Shown: piece by piece, positions 10,102 to 20,290 of the stretch
Position numbering within the stretch: the stretch's first letter is position 1
How the letters are laid out: the number at the start of each line of letters is the position of its first letter
Assembly: GCA_030599585.1 (NCBI GenBank)
Contig: JAUVNS010000005.1
Span: 192,001 to 256,000 of the forward strand
Direction of reading: 5' to 3'
Origin: Promethearchaeota archaeon
Lineage (GTDB): Archaea > Asgardarchaeota > Lokiarchaeia > Sigyniarchaeales > SOKP01
DNA: 64,000 nucleotides
The notes under the pieces: model-generated
Database searches by the model: none
Told to the model about the DNA's origin: nothing
Seen by the model: only the letters and a program-made list of their open reading frames with translations
Translations under genes and position numbers: made by a program

Positions 10102-11787
10102 TTACATCATACCCGGTGGCATACCACCCATGCCTCCCATACCTGGAGGCATTCCACCCATACCACCCATACCTGGAGGCATTCCTCCTGGTGGACCTGC
10201 GCTTTTCGCTCCTGCAATAACATCGTCGATTCGTAAAATCATTGAGGCTGCTTCGGTAGAGCTTTTTATCGCTTGAATTTTCACTATTGTTGGTTCAACT
10301 ACGCCTACAGACGCCATGTCGTTAATTACATTGCCAGTTTCTAAGTCGTGCCCCGCAAACTTGTTTCCTGCTTGATGAGCGGCTCGTAATTTCATTAACA
10401 CGTCAATCTGGTCTAATCCTGCGTTTTCTGCGAGCGTTTTAGGGATGATATCTAAGGTATCGGCAAAAACTTCTACTGCGAGTTGCTCTCGCCCTCCAAG
10501 AGTTTGAGCATATTTTCTTAATTGAATTGCAGTTTCGATTTCTGGAGCTCCTCCACCGCCGACGATTTTTTGGTCTTCGACAACATCTCTTGTTACGCAT
10601 AAAGCGTCGTGTATAGCTCTATCGACTTCGTCTATGATGAGTTCAGTTCCACCTCGAATTAAAATTACAACTGATTTAGGATCTTTACATTCTTCGATAA
10701 AAATCCAGCTATCGTTCATAATTTTGCGTTCTTCGACTAATCCAGCGAATCCGAGCTTTTCTGGAGTGATATCGTTGAGATTGGTGTAGATCATTCCGCC
10801 AGTAGCTTTAGAAAGCTTTTCTATATCAGACTTTTTGACTCGTCTAATAGCCATTATTCCCGCTTTAGATAAGAAATGTTGTGCCATATCGTCGATTCCC
10901 TTTTGACAAACTACTACTTTTGCTCCAGAGTTCACGATTTTGTCAACCATGCTTCGAAGCATGCGTTCTTCTTCATCTAGGAATTGTTGAATTTGTTCTG
11001 GGCTCGTTATTTGGAGCTTAGCGTCAAACTCAGTTTTTTCAATTTCTATAGCGCTCTGTAATAAAAGTACCTTAGCGTCTTTAACGATTTTAGGCATTCC
11101 GGGGCTGACAACTTCTTTATCCAAAATAATACCTTTAATGAGGGACGTTTCGTCAATTGACTCTCCCTCTTTTTTTTGGATTTGAACTTTATCGATATCA
11201 GCAACCCATTTACCGTCTTCGCCTTTTTCGGCTACCGCCTTTATTGCATCGATGCAAATGTCAGCTAGCATATCTCTTGATTCAGAAACGATTTTAGAAG
11301 ACATGCAAGTCATTGCAGAGTTCTTTAACCCTTCATTATCGTCAATTCCGCTTTTGATCGACATTTCTTCTAAGATTTCAATCGCTTTCTCAGCAGCCTT
11401 TCGGAATCCCTCAGTAATAACTGTTGGGTGAATCTTCTGTTTTAAAAGCTTTTCTGCGCGTTTTAATAGTTCTCCAGCAAGGATTACAGACGTAGTTGTG
11501 CCATCTCCTACTTCGGAGTCTTGAGTTTTAGCAACTTCAACCATCATTTTAGCTGCAGGATGTTGGACATCAATCTCTTTTAAGATTGTGGCGCCATCGT
11601 TGGTTATTACAACATCTCCGAACTGGTCGACGAGCATTTTATCCATTCCGCGAGGTCCTAGTGATGTTCGCACCGCTTCAGCGATAACTTTTGCCGCAGC
11701 AATGTTATTTTCCATAGCGTCTCTTCCACGAGTTCTTTCGGTCCCTTCCCTCATAATAAGGATAGGTTGACCGCCTAATTGTGCCAT
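10102..11787 (-). CDS. ths: Thermosome (group II chaperonin) subunit
   Basis: [29 protein letters not shown] and a C-terminal GGM-rich tail. Confidence 0.97.
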   Translation of the reverse strand: MAQLGGQPILIMREGTERTRGRDAMENNIAAAKVIAEAVRTSLGPRGMDKMLVDQFGDVVITNDGATILKEIDVQHPAAKMMVEVAKTQDSEVGDGTTTSVILAGELLKRAEKLLKQKIHPTVITEGFRKAAEKAIEILEEMSIKSGIDDNEGLKNSAMTCMSSKIVSESRDMLADICIDAIKAVAEKGEDGKWVADIDKVQIQKKEGESIDETSLIKGIILDKEVVSPGMPKIVKDAKVLLLQSAIEIEKTEFDAKLQITSPEQIQQFLDEEERMLRSMVDKIVNSGAKVVVCQKGIDDMAQHFLSKAGIMAIRRVKKSDIEKLSKATGGMIYTNLNDITPEKLGFAGLVEERKIMNDSWIFIEECKDPKSVVILIRGGTELIIDEVDRAIHDALCVTRDVVEDQKIVGGGGAPEIETAIQLRKYAQTLGGREQLAVEVFADTLDIIPKTLAENAGLDQIDVLMKLRAAHQAGNKFAGHDLETGNVINDMASVGVVEPTIVKIQAIKSSTEAASMILRIDDVIAGAKSAGPPGGMPPGMGGMGGMPPGMGGMGGMPPGMM

Positions 11788-11963
11788 ATTAAATTCACAC
11801 TATTTTGTTTTTTTTTAAAATAATTATTAATTATATAATGATCTCTAAGTCATAAAATTAAAAAAGTTTACGGAAAATATAATTTTTGAACCGTAAAGGG
11901 GTAAGCCTATAAAATATTAGGGGTAGGAATAGATTCTTGCAAGAAGTAGAAGCATTTTTTTCT

Positions 11964-12125
11964 TTATTTTTGAAGGTCTCTTTTCTTGAGTCTCAAATCT
12001 TTAGATCTGCATCTACGACATTTTTTAGCTTTGATGGGGTTCAGTGCTCCACATTTTCTGCAAACCGTCTTCATAAGAAGGTGGTGTCTAGCTATTTTTC
12101 TTTTGTAGGGGTCATCAATGGGCAT
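11964..12125 (-). CDS. rpl40e: 50S ribosomal protein L40e
   Basis: 53 aa MPIDDP...VCRKCGALNPIKAKKCRRCRSKDLRLKK; ATG at 12125 rather than the upstream TTG. Confidence 0.93.
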   Translation of the reverse strand: MPIDDPYKRKIARHHLLMKTVCRKCGALNPIKAKKCRRCRSKDLRLKKRDLQK

Positions 12126-12368
12126 AATATAATCTCCTTTGCTACCAATCGTTATTGCGAATTTTTTAGTTCTTAAAATGCTTTTCTTTTTGAACTTATT
12201 TTGTAGTAATACAAGTTGCAACTTAAGAATAATTTTAAAAACAATTAAAGGCTAAAAAATTTTTTGATATGGGATAGAAATATAGAAATAAAGTAAAAAT
12301 TAAAATTTTATAAATAATTTTAGGATTTAACTTAGAATAAGTAAAAATTCATAGTTAATTGAAAAATT

Positions 12369-12563
12369 ATGCCGAAAGAGATATTTGACGAAGAGAAGTT
12401 CTTAGAATTAGCAGAGATTGCGATCCACTGTCGCGTTAAGAGAGTTAAAGACGTTGTAAAGTTGAAACTAAGGACAAAGAAGCGTCTTTACACCTATAAA
12501 ACTGATCCTATAACTGCTGATAGGTTAGTAAGAGGGTTAACTTGCGATATAATCGAGTTATAA
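12369..12563 (+). CDS. rpl38e: Ribosomal protein L38e
   Basis: MPKEI....KFLELA...RVKR...VKLKLRTKKRLYTYK matches the eL38 pattern. Confidence 0.88.
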   Translation: MPKEIFDEEKFLELAEIAIHCRVKRVKDVVKLKLRTKKRLYTYKTDPITADRLVRGLTCDIIEL

Positions 12564-12596
12564 ATGACTATTAATTGATTTACTGGTATTGATAAA

Positions 12597-13106
12597 ATGA
12601 AGAATCTTCCTGCGTGCAAAACATGTGTAAATTCCGGATTTTTATGTTCTAGTTGTCAAGAAAAACTAGATACCGAAATTCTTACTCAATTTGAGTTAGA
12701 TTTAGCTAAGGATTTGCTTGTTTTGGAGGAGGAGGAACAGTTTAGTTTTTTAAAAAATATATCTTTCTATAAAGCAATTGATTTCGAAGATGTAGTAATT
12801 TTTGTAATCGGTAAAAAGGATAAGCTCAAAATAAACCAGAAACTTATTAACTGGTTAAAAGAAACGTACGAAGTCGACGAATTAATATTAGTGGAGCAGA
12901 CTAAAAATCCTAGAGCTGCGTTAGAAAGTTTGATAACGCCGAGTAAATTAATTTCTTTAAACGAGATATTTTTAGCGACAGGAGATGTTGAATTTAAAGG
13001 AGTTTTGAGTAAGAATGATAAAGATGCGATCTTATTTACTAAAGAAGAGCTTGAAGAATTAATCGTTGAACTCACCGGTAATACAATTCGCATTGAATAT
13101 CAATAG
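12597..13106 (+). CDS. Archaeal NusA-like KH-domain protein with N-terminal Cys cluster
   Basis: LPACKTCVNSGFLCSSCQEKL N-terminus and C-terminal ELTG..IRIE, as in the archaeal NusA paralog family. Confidence 0.7.
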   Translation: MKNLPACKTCVNSGFLCSSCQEKLDTEILTQFELDLAKDLLVLEEEEQFSFLKNISFYKAIDFEDVVIFVIGKKDKLKINQKLINWLKETYEVDELILVEQTKNPRAALESLITPSKLISLNEIFLATGDVEFKGVLSKNDKDAILFTKEELEELIVELTGNTIRIEYQ

Positions 13107-13156
13107 TTTTTAGTGTATTATATCTTAATTTCTTATTTAAACAGGTTAAATGAATT

Positions 13157-13513
13157 GTGGATGAATATAAACAAGTTATTTTAATAAGGACCGATTTGAA
13201 GATGGGCACAGGCAAAAAATGTGCGCAATCGTGTCACGCTTCAATTTCTTCTGCGGATATCGTTAGAGTAAAAAATAAGGATGCATGGAAGAAATGGAAA
13301 AACAGTGGGCAGAAGAAAGTAGTACTGCGAGTTTCTGGCATAGAGGATTTAAGTGAAATTATACAAAAATTAGACAAAGCCAAAATCCTCTATTTTTTAG
13401 TTAGAGACGCAGGTTTAACGCAGTTATCCCCTGGAACAACAACAGCGTTAGGAATTGGGCCAGCACTGTCAACTGCCTTGGATAAAATCACTGGGGAATT
13501 GAAGCTACTTTAA
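13157..13513 (+). CDS. pth2: Peptidyl-tRNA hydrolase Pth2
   Basis: [55 protein letters not shown]. Confidence 0.95.
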   Translation: MDEYKQVILIRTDLKMGTGKKCAQSCHASISSADIVRVKNKDAWKKWKNSGQKKVVLRVSGIEDLSEIIQKLDKAKILYFLVRDAGLTQLSPGTTTALGIGPALSTALDKITGELKLL

Positions 13514-13537
13514 TTTATTACTTATAGGCTGGATGAA

Positions 13538-14923
13538 TTGGTTGAAGAAAATATTACTTCCATAGGACCTACAAACCTCAGCAAGAGAAAAATGGAAAAA
13601 ATTGTTGGAATCGAAGTTTTTTCTTCTTCTTCTCATGAGGGTATTCAAGGTAGAATTAAAAAACGTTATAAAGATTTTATTGTCAGAGAGATAACCCATT
13701 CGGGAAGAGTTCTTGAAATAAAAGAGGATTTTGGCCCAGTTAATTTTTCTGAAGATAATAAAGATAATTACACCCTTTTCAATATAATAAAAGTTAATAA
13801 GGATACATTTGAAGCAATAAGATTAATTAGTAAAGCCTTAGATATTCCACCAAAATCGATAGGATATGCAGGATTAAAAGATAAACGATCCATAAGTGTC
13901 CAAATGGCTTCCCTTCGAGGTAATTATGTTAATAAATTGAAGAACTTGAAATTGGACAATATATATATTAGAAACATATTTCCTTCAAAGAATTCTATTA
14001 AATTAGGGCATAACTGGGGGAACCACTTTGTTATAACCTTAAGGGACATCAAACATGTGCCTGATCAAATCAAAAAAATAGAAGAGTTATTTAATTACTT
14101 GCGTAATCACGGTTTTCCAAACTATTACGGGCTTCAGCGATTTGGTACATTTAGACCGAATTCTCATATAATCGGGAGATTAATTTTAGAAGACCAGTTT
14201 AAGAAGGCATATGAAGAGTTTGTGATAAATGATTACCCCACAGAATTACCTCAGTCTCAAAAAGTAAGGGCAGAATTAGCAAAGACGGGCGATCTAGATA
14301 AAGCCCTTAACTCTTTTCCTTCAGGCCTTGAGTATGAAAGAATAATGATTAAATTCTTAATAGATAATCCGGGGGATTATGAGGGAGCTGTTTACCAACT
14401 ACCCAAGTATCTCATCAAATTACTAATCAGTTCGTTTCAATCTTATTTGTTTAATAAAATGGTGTCGTTACGTGTTTATCAAGGAAATTCTTTATATAAT
14501 CCAATAAAAGGTGATGTCATTAGTATACTAGACGAAGAAAATGGGAATATAACAAAAATAAAACACACATACGGCGGATTCTATGATGAATATCTGCAGG
14601 AAGCGAGAAAACTGAATCGGGCAAAAATATTAGCTCCTCTTGTAGGATATAATACTAATCTTGACGATTTTCCCTATATGAAGACCTTATTTTTAGAGAT
14701 AATTAAGAACGACGGTATCTCTTTAAATCTTTTCAAAAATAAATTGTTAGAAATGCATGAATTCAAGGGTTCTTTTAGACCTATAATAGTAAAACCTATA
14801 GGTTTAAAAAAACTCGAATATTCTATCGATGATCTTTTCCCAAATAGATACAAGATGAAAATAGAATTTTCTCTTCAGAAAGGCTCTTATGCTACATTAC
14901 TTCTACGTGAAATAGTAAAATAA
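13538..14923 (+). CDS. truD: tRNA pseudouridine(13) synthase TruD
   Basis: DFIVRE, YAGLKDK, GNHF.I.LR, FPNYYG.QRFG, QSYLFN, F.L.KGSYAT.LLRE. Confidence 0.95.
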   Translation: MVEENITSIGPTNLSKRKMEKIVGIEVFSSSSHEGIQGRIKKRYKDFIVREITHSGRVLEIKEDFGPVNFSEDNKDNYTLFNIIKVNKDTFEAIRLISKALDIPPKSIGYAGLKDKRSISVQMASLRGNYVNKLKNLKLDNIYIRNIFPSKNSIKLGHNWGNHFVITLRDIKHVPDQIKKIEELFNYLRNHGFPNYYGLQRFGTFRPNSHIIGRLILEDQFKKAYEEFVINDYPTELPQSQKVRAELAKTGDLDKALNSFPSGLEYERIMIKFLIDNPGDYEGAVYQLPKYLIKLLISSFQSYLFNKMVSLRVYQGNSLYNPIKGDVISILDEENGNITKIKHTYGGFYDEYLQEARKLNRAKILAPLVGYNTNLDDFPYMKTLFLEIIKNDGISLNLFKNKLLEMHEFKGSFRPIIVKPIGLKKLEYSIDDLFPNRYKMKIEFSLQKGSYATLLLREIVK

Positions 14924-14927
14924 GAAT

Positions 14928-16475
14928 TTAGGTAATAAATACATCGTAATCTTGAATGGTTTCATTACCAAGAATATCGTTTACTTTTATAGAAATTTTG
15001 TGTGCTCCTTTCTCCTCGTAGTTATATGGAACTGAGGTTAAGCTCAGTTTACGATTTTTTAACGTTCGATATGAAATCCAAGCTGTGGTAAAACTATGTT
15101 CTTGATAGTTAAAATCAATAGACCAGCTATCTATCCAATCTGTGAATATTCTTATTTTGTCTTTAACTCTTTCTTTAATTAAATTTAAATTTGAAACGAT
15201 AAAATCTACTAGATCAACTGTTATTTTAGAGCCCTTTTTTGATATTTGAACAACAAATTTGGAATCTTGGATTAAAGAGATCACATCTTTATTTCCTATA
15301 TTCTTAACGAGGAAATCTTTGTGTATATTTATTATTTGCTTAAAATCATTAGTTTTCATGATTTCAAAGGGTTGAGCTCGCCTTAAATATTTTTTTTTCC
15401 AATCCATCAAATCATTACTATTCCACACATCAAAAATTCTCTTGCGGCTAATATTTATGGCCTGCTTTGCGATATCTGAACCAATCCACCGTCTACCAAG
15501 TTTTTCCGCAACCGCTAGGGATGTTCCAGTCCCACAGAAAAAATCAGCTACAATGTCGTCTTTATTTGAAGACGCGAGTATAATTCTTTTCAAAAGTCGT
15601 TCGGGTTTTTGGGTTGAAAATGCTTGATATTCCATTGTATTTGCTCTAATGTAGGGAATATCCGTCCAAACATCACGAGGAAAGATGCCTTTATTAGTGA
15701 TATAAACCTTTTGTGAAAGTCTTATACCATTGTGACTTCCACCCCGATAATAGAACATCCCTTTCTCGTCTTCTTTTAATGCAAACTTAACGCGATCAGA
15801 ATATTCCATGTAGATTTCGGGATCGTCGTTAAAAGTGTAATCATTTGATTTAGTATAAAATAAAATCGTATCAAAAGAACGGATAAAGAATCTCCTCGTT
15901 TTAGCTGAAGCTGCAGGATACGCCCAGATTAGAGAATTTTGGAAATTTTCTTTTCCAAAGATTTCGTCCATTATTACTTTAATGTAATGCGAAACATGCC
16001 AATCTAAATGAACATAAATACTACCCTTTTCAGAAAGGAGATTCCTCATTAGCAATAATCTTTCGTAAAGAAATTCAATATACTCATCAATTCCTCCATC
16101 CCATATATCAGAGTAAGCCTTTTTTTTCTCGAATGTTTTTCCCTCCCCGATAAATGTTTTTGACTCAAATTTGCCCCCTGTTGCATAAGGTGGATCAATA
16201 TATATAAGTTTAATCTTGTTTGAAAATGTAGGAATCAACGATCTCAGGATGCTTATATTTTCACCCCAAATTAGTAAATTATTCCAATCCATCAATTTTT
16301 TTTTATGTTCGTGGCTCTGTGATCGCTTAACTTTTAGTAAATCTTCATTGAAATTATTATTGCCTATTACAGGGTTTTTATTAGACTCTAACACTTGAAA
16401 TTCGGAGACATCTTGAGAAATATTAAATTTTTGAGTGTGTTTTTCATCTTTTTTTTTCCAATTTAGTTTGGGCAT
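14928..16475 (-). CDS. Site-specific DNA methyltransferase (N6A/N4C, beta class; Type III Mod-like)
   Basis: LIYIDPPY (motif IV), TQKPE.LL.RII, VADFFCGTGT (motif I), Mod-like C-terminal DWID.WSIDF...KV.DILGN. Confidence 0.9.
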   Translation of the reverse strand: MPKLNWKKKDEKHTQKFNISQDVSEFQVLESNKNPVIGNNNFNEDLLKVKRSQSHEHKKKLMDWNNLLIWGENISILRSLIPTFSNKIKLIYIDPPYATGGKFESKTFIGEGKTFEKKKAYSDIWDGGIDEYIEFLYERLLLMRNLLSEKGSIYVHLDWHVSHYIKVIMDEIFGKENFQNSLIWAYPAASAKTRRFFIRSFDTILFYTKSNDYTFNDDPEIYMEYSDRVKFALKEDEKGMFYYRGGSHNGIRLSQKVYITNKGIFPRDVWTDIPYIRANTMEYQAFSTQKPERLLKRIILASSNKDDIVADFFCGTGTSLAVAEKLGRRWIGSDIAKQAINISRKRIFDVWNSNDLMDWKKKYLRRAQPFEIMKTNDFKQIINIHKDFLVKNIGNKDVISLIQDSKFVVQISKKGSKITVDLVDFIVSNLNLIKERVKDKIRIFTDWIDSWSIDFNYQEHSFTTAWISYRTLKNRKLSLTSVPYNYEEKGAHKISIKVNDILGNETIQDYDVFIT

Positions 16476-16545
16476 TATTAATCGTCACTAAGATGGCAAA
16501 AAATTTATTCTTACTTTCCTTTTAAAAAATAATTTTAAGTAATTA

Positions 16546-17886
16546 ATGATCAAACACAAAACCATGTCAAATGAAGAGATGGATGGATGGAGAAAAACTC
16601 ATTATACTAAAGATATTACTAAAGATTTAGTAGATAAGGAAGTAATTTTAGGAGGTTGGGTTAGAAATTATCGTGATTTAGGTGGTTTGAGGTTTATTAC
16701 TCTTCAAGATGTCTACGGAGAGCGCCAAGTCACCTTGAAAAAAGGTATAGTATCTGATGAGGTTTTCGAAAAAGCTAAAGTTGGATATCAATATTGCCTT
16801 ATGGTAAAAGGAACAGTTAAAGGCTTTGAAAAAGCTCCTGGTGGCATCGAAATTATTCCTAGCGAAATAAAGATTTTAAACAAAACTCCCGAAAAATTAC
16901 CAATCGATATGACGGGAGAAACCAGTACCGAATTAGATTTAAGGCTAAATAATAGAGCTTTAGATCTTAGATCAGTAAGGAATCAAGCAATTTTTGCGAT
17001 CAGAAGAGAAATTCTAAATTCCTCGAGAAATTTTTTACTTGATCACGATTTTAAAGAGATTTATACACCTAAAATTATTGGTTCAGCTACAGAAGGTGGA
17101 ACTGAACTATTTCCAATTATGTATTTTGATAGAGAAGCTTTTCTTACTCAATCTGCACAATTGTATAAAGAACAATTGAGCGGAGTATATGAGAGAGTAT
17201 TTGAGGTAGGTCCAAGCTTTAGAGCTGAGAAAAGTCATACTAAACGCCACTTATGTGAAATTGTGCAGCTGGATCTGGAAATGGCATTTGCTGATATGAG
17301 GGATGTTCTAGAGATATTAGAAGAATTAGTTCAAAATGTCATAATCGGCGTTCGAGACAAGCAGATGTCTGCTTTAAAGCAGTTAGGAATGGAAAACAAG
17401 ACAGTCGTCCCTGAAATCCCGTTTCCAAGATATACTTATGAAGAATTACTTGATCTATTAAATACTAAACTTAACATAACGATTGAGTGGGGAGAAGATT
17501 TATCAACCGAGGCTAATAGAAAACTCGGACAGGAAATCCCAGGTTATTACTATATAACTCACTGGCCTATGGCAATAAAACCATTCTACATTATGCCCTC
17601 AAAAAATCCAAAATTTAGCGAATCATTTGATTTACAAAAAGGTTGGCTAGAATTAACCTCTGGTGGTACGAGAGTCCATAATAAAGTGCAATTAGTAGAA
17701 GCTCTCGAAAATAAAGGACTTAATCCTCTAGCGTTTGAATCTCATCTTAAAACATTTGATTTTGGAATGCCTCCTCATGCTGGATTTGGCTTAGGAATAG
17801 CAAGATGGCTAACAGTTTTATGTGGATTAGAGGATATCAGAGAAGCGGTTATGTACCCTAGAACTCCTGAAAGATTGACCCCTTAA
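16546..17886 (+). CDS. aspS: Aspartate--tRNA(Asp/Asn) ligase, archaeal type
   Basis: OB-fold GWV...RDLGG, KAPGG loop (Pro typical of non-discriminating enzymes), EGGTELF, FRAEKS.T.RHL, GMPPHAGFGLG. Confidence 0.95.
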   Translation: MIKHKTMSNEEMDGWRKTHYTKDITKDLVDKEVILGGWVRNYRDLGGLRFITLQDVYGERQVTLKKGIVSDEVFEKAKVGYQYCLMVKGTVKGFEKAPGGIEIIPSEIKILNKTPEKLPIDMTGETSTELDLRLNNRALDLRSVRNQAIFAIRREILNSSRNFLLDHDFKEIYTPKIIGSATEGGTELFPIMYFDREAFLTQSAQLYKEQLSGVYERVFEVGPSFRAEKSHTKRHLCEIVQLDLEMAFADMRDVLEILEELVQNVIIGVRDKQMSALKQLGMENKTVVPEIPFPRYTYEELLDLLNTKLNITIEWGEDLSTEANRKLGQEIPGYYYITHWPMAIKPFYIMPSKNPKFSESFDLQKGWLELTSGGTRVHNKVQLVEALENKGLNPLAFESHLKTFDFGMPPHAGFGLGIARWLTVLCGLEDIREAVMYPRTPERLTP

Positions 17887-17921
17887 TTTAATTGAATGTT
17901 AACAAATAATTTTACAAGATC

Positions 17922-18833
17922 ATGGATGATAATTGTATCGAATCTTATATAAAAGCAGGTAAAGCGGTAAAGGCTGCTAAAGAATTAGCCAGAACCTTAA
18001 TTAAACCCGGAGTGACTTTTTTAGAAATAGCGAACAAATGTGAAGAAGAAATTATCAAGCAAGGATGCGAATTATCATTTCCTATAAATATGTCCCTTGA
18101 TAATCATGCTGCCCATTATAGCCCAACAATTGACGATCCAACAATTGTACCTGATAGAGGATTATTAAAAATAGATTTAGGGTCTCATTATGATGGTTAT
18201 ATTGCAGATTCTGCAATCACTATTAATATAAATGATGATCCCGAACTGCAAAACTATATTGATGCAGCTACGGAAGCGCTTGATGCTGCTATTAAACTTT
18301 TTAAGCCTGGAACAAAACTATATGAAATTGGAGAAGCGATTGCTGAAAAAATACTTAACCGAGGGTTGAGACCTATAACTAACCTTGGTGGCCACGAATT
18401 GAAACAGTACAATTTGCATGCGGGTCCATTTGTTCCTAACTTTAAAGATTTAAATCACAAAAAAGTTATTCAACCTGGTGAAGTTTACGCGTGTGAACCT
18501 TTCGCTACTTCTGGTGTAGGATTAGTAATCAACGGTAAGATATCTTATATTTATCGTTTTGCTAAGAGGGTCAAAAAAAACCTTCCATATGACGAATTAA
18601 ACTACATGAATAAAATAGAAAAACTGACTAATTCCTTACCATTCTCGCCACGTTTAATCGAAAAACATAATATCATCCCAAAAAACAAAATCCAAAAAAT
18701 AATTGAAGTTTTTATAAGAAAAAGAATATTAGATCATTACCCTCTTTTAATAGAAAAGACTGGTGCTCCAGTTGCTCAACAGGAGCATACAATACTAATA
18801 GATCTAGATGGAAATTCAATTGTCACCACTTAA
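17922..18833 (+). CDS. map: Methionine aminopeptidase type II
   Basis: AAHYSP, KIDLG.H.DGYIADSA, NLGGH....YNLHAG, EPFAT, AQ.EHT. Confidence 0.95.
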   Translation: MDDNCIESYIKAGKAVKAAKELARTLIKPGVTFLEIANKCEEEIIKQGCELSFPINMSLDNHAAHYSPTIDDPTIVPDRGLLKIDLGSHYDGYIADSAITININDDPELQNYIDAATEALDAAIKLFKPGTKLYEIGEAIAEKILNRGLRPITNLGGHELKQYNLHAGPFVPNFKDLNHKKVIQPGEVYACEPFATSGVGLVINGKISYIYRFAKRVKKNLPYDELNYMNKIEKLTNSLPFSPRLIEKHNIIPKNKIQKIIEVFIRKRILDHYPLLIEKTGAPVAQQEHTILIDLDGNSIVTT

Positions 18834-18843
18834 TACCAAATTT

Positions 18844-19692
18844 ATGGAAAATCTCACAATTGTTATTCTTTGTGCAGGTGAAGGGAAACGCGCTAAAGGA
18901 ATTGCGGATGATATCCCGAAGCCATTAATAAAAGTCGAATCATTAAAGAATCAATCTATTCTTACAATTCTAATATCACATTTATATAGATTTGGTATTA
19001 AACCAATTGTAATAGTAACTGGATACTTAGGTAAACAAATTGAGAAAAATATTATATCATCTCAAGCAAAAAACACTTCCAAAAGCGAAACGATAATAAT
19101 CATCAACGCTGGAAATCGATATAAGTTAGGCCCTTTGCATTCTTTTTTGAGCATAACAGGAAATAAACAGGTTTTTAAAACCAACGAACTTTTTCTAGTT
19201 ATTCCGGGAGATACAATTTTTGACTACAAGCTTATGGAAGAAATTTTAAATTTGCTTAAAGAAAATTACGATGAAGCTAATCAGAATTCCATTATTTTTT
19301 ACCGAAGAACTACCAAAATAGCATTAAATAAAGAGACCGAAAAATATAAACTAATGAGTAATAGAATGGTATCTTGTGTAAGAACCAAGGAAAAAGGCTC
19401 AAAACAATATGTCAAAGAAATATATAATAGAAATATGAATGCATCATCAGATGATGAAGAATTCAATCAGATTATCCCGGCGTTCATTATTACTTATGAT
19501 TACGTGAAAAATTTTGAGGATATTGCTAGTAAGATAAAATTGAATAAGATTGTTGATGCAATAAACTTATCAATCAAAAACGATATGGAATTTTCAGCGT
19601 GCAGGGTTAAATCAGATCATAATTTTTACGATATTGATACTGTTCTCGATTTAACATTTTTGAACAGGCATTATAAAAAAAGTGGACAATAG
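18844..19692 (+). CDS. Sugar-phosphate nucleotidyltransferase family protein
   Basis: ILCAGEGKR......PKPL, PGD and DIDT motifs; ATG at 18844 follows the map stop. Confidence 0.8.
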   Translation: MENLTIVILCAGEGKRAKGIADDIPKPLIKVESLKNQSILTILISHLYRFGIKPIVIVTGYLGKQIEKNIISSQAKNTSKSETIIIINAGNRYKLGPLHSFLSITGNKQVFKTNELFLVIPGDTIFDYKLMEEILNLLKENYDEANQNSIIFYRRTTKIALNKETEKYKLMSNRMVSCVRTKEKGSKQYVKEIYNRNMNASSDDEEFNQIIPAFIITYDYVKNFEDIASKIKLNKIVDAINLSIKNDMEFSACRVKSDHNFYDIDTVLDLTFLNRHYKKSGQ

Positions 19693-20157
19693 TAGCTCCG
19701 ATTATCACAGAAAACTTGTTTCAATGGATCATCTTCTTTGTTCCAATGAATCGCATCTGGGATCAAAGCCCTATTGACTATAAAACTCATTTTAAACGAG
19801 GGCCTTCATGTTTTAATGTCACGTGTAGCAAGTGGAAATATTATTCGTTCAACAAGAGATCAGGCAAAACAGCTTCAAATTACCGTAGACTAACTTTAAT
19901 TAGAACTTGATTGCGCTTCTCTACTAAATAAATGCTTCAGCGTGAAAACTATTGAAAGCGTCCAAAATTAATAACAAATGATTATTGTGTATTCAGCAGT
20001 ATGAAAAAATTAACAAATAAATCCGATTGGAAATCAATGTATACGCACTAACTCTGGGTGAAAAAAATTCCAGATCTTAAGAATCAATTTGCAACAACTA
20101 CTCCGTTGTTTAAATTGCACTCACGTATCAAAAACCAATGATTTAAACTATTGTCCA
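19683..20157 (-). ncRNA. Candidate large (~475 nt) structured non-coding RNA, family unrecognised
   Basis: 11-bp perfect terminal inverted repeat (19683-19693 / 20147-20157), many nested helices whose imperfect pairs are G-U on the minus strand, TTTAAATA box about 23 nt upstream, U7 tract right after the 3' stem, no credible ORF. Confidence 0.7.
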
Positions 20158-20178
20158 AATATTTAGTGGGAAATTGTA

Positions 20179-20193
20179 TATTTAAATCTTACT
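20179..20193 (-). promoter_or_regulatory. Putative archaeal TATA box plus purine-rich BRE for the candidate ncRNA
   Basis: Minus strand AGTAAGA-TTTAAATA, then 22 nt to GGACAATAG, the usual archaeal promoter spacing. Confidence 0.55.
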
Positions 20194-20290
20194 ATTAACT
20201 TATATTCATTCTCTTAATTACAGAAATATTAATTTAATCTAATATTATCTCTCAGAAATAAGATAAAGACTAAAAAAGTTCCAATTAAAT

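Noticed and set aside
10105-10195. Repeated CCACCCAT/CCTGGAGGCAT units
   Set aside because: They encode the ordinary GGM-rich chaperonin C-terminal tail; not a CRISPR array or separate repeat element.
11964-12221. 85-aa extended L40e, possible ubiquitin-fusion remnant
   Set aside because: The upstream 32 codons are low-complexity AT-rich sequence unlike ubiquitin; the real start is the ATG at 12125.
19716-19910. 64-aa plus-strand ORF in the track
   Set aside because: TTG start, no recognisable motif, and it lies antisense within the structured RNA candidate; probably spurious.
19683-20157. Identifying the element as SRP RNA, canonical RNase P RNA, tmRNA, a group I/II intron or a MITE
   Set aside because: The diagnostic motifs of each RNA family are missing. 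For a MITE there is no evident target-site duplication, and the promoter, U-tract and strand-biased G-U pairs fit an RNA gene better.
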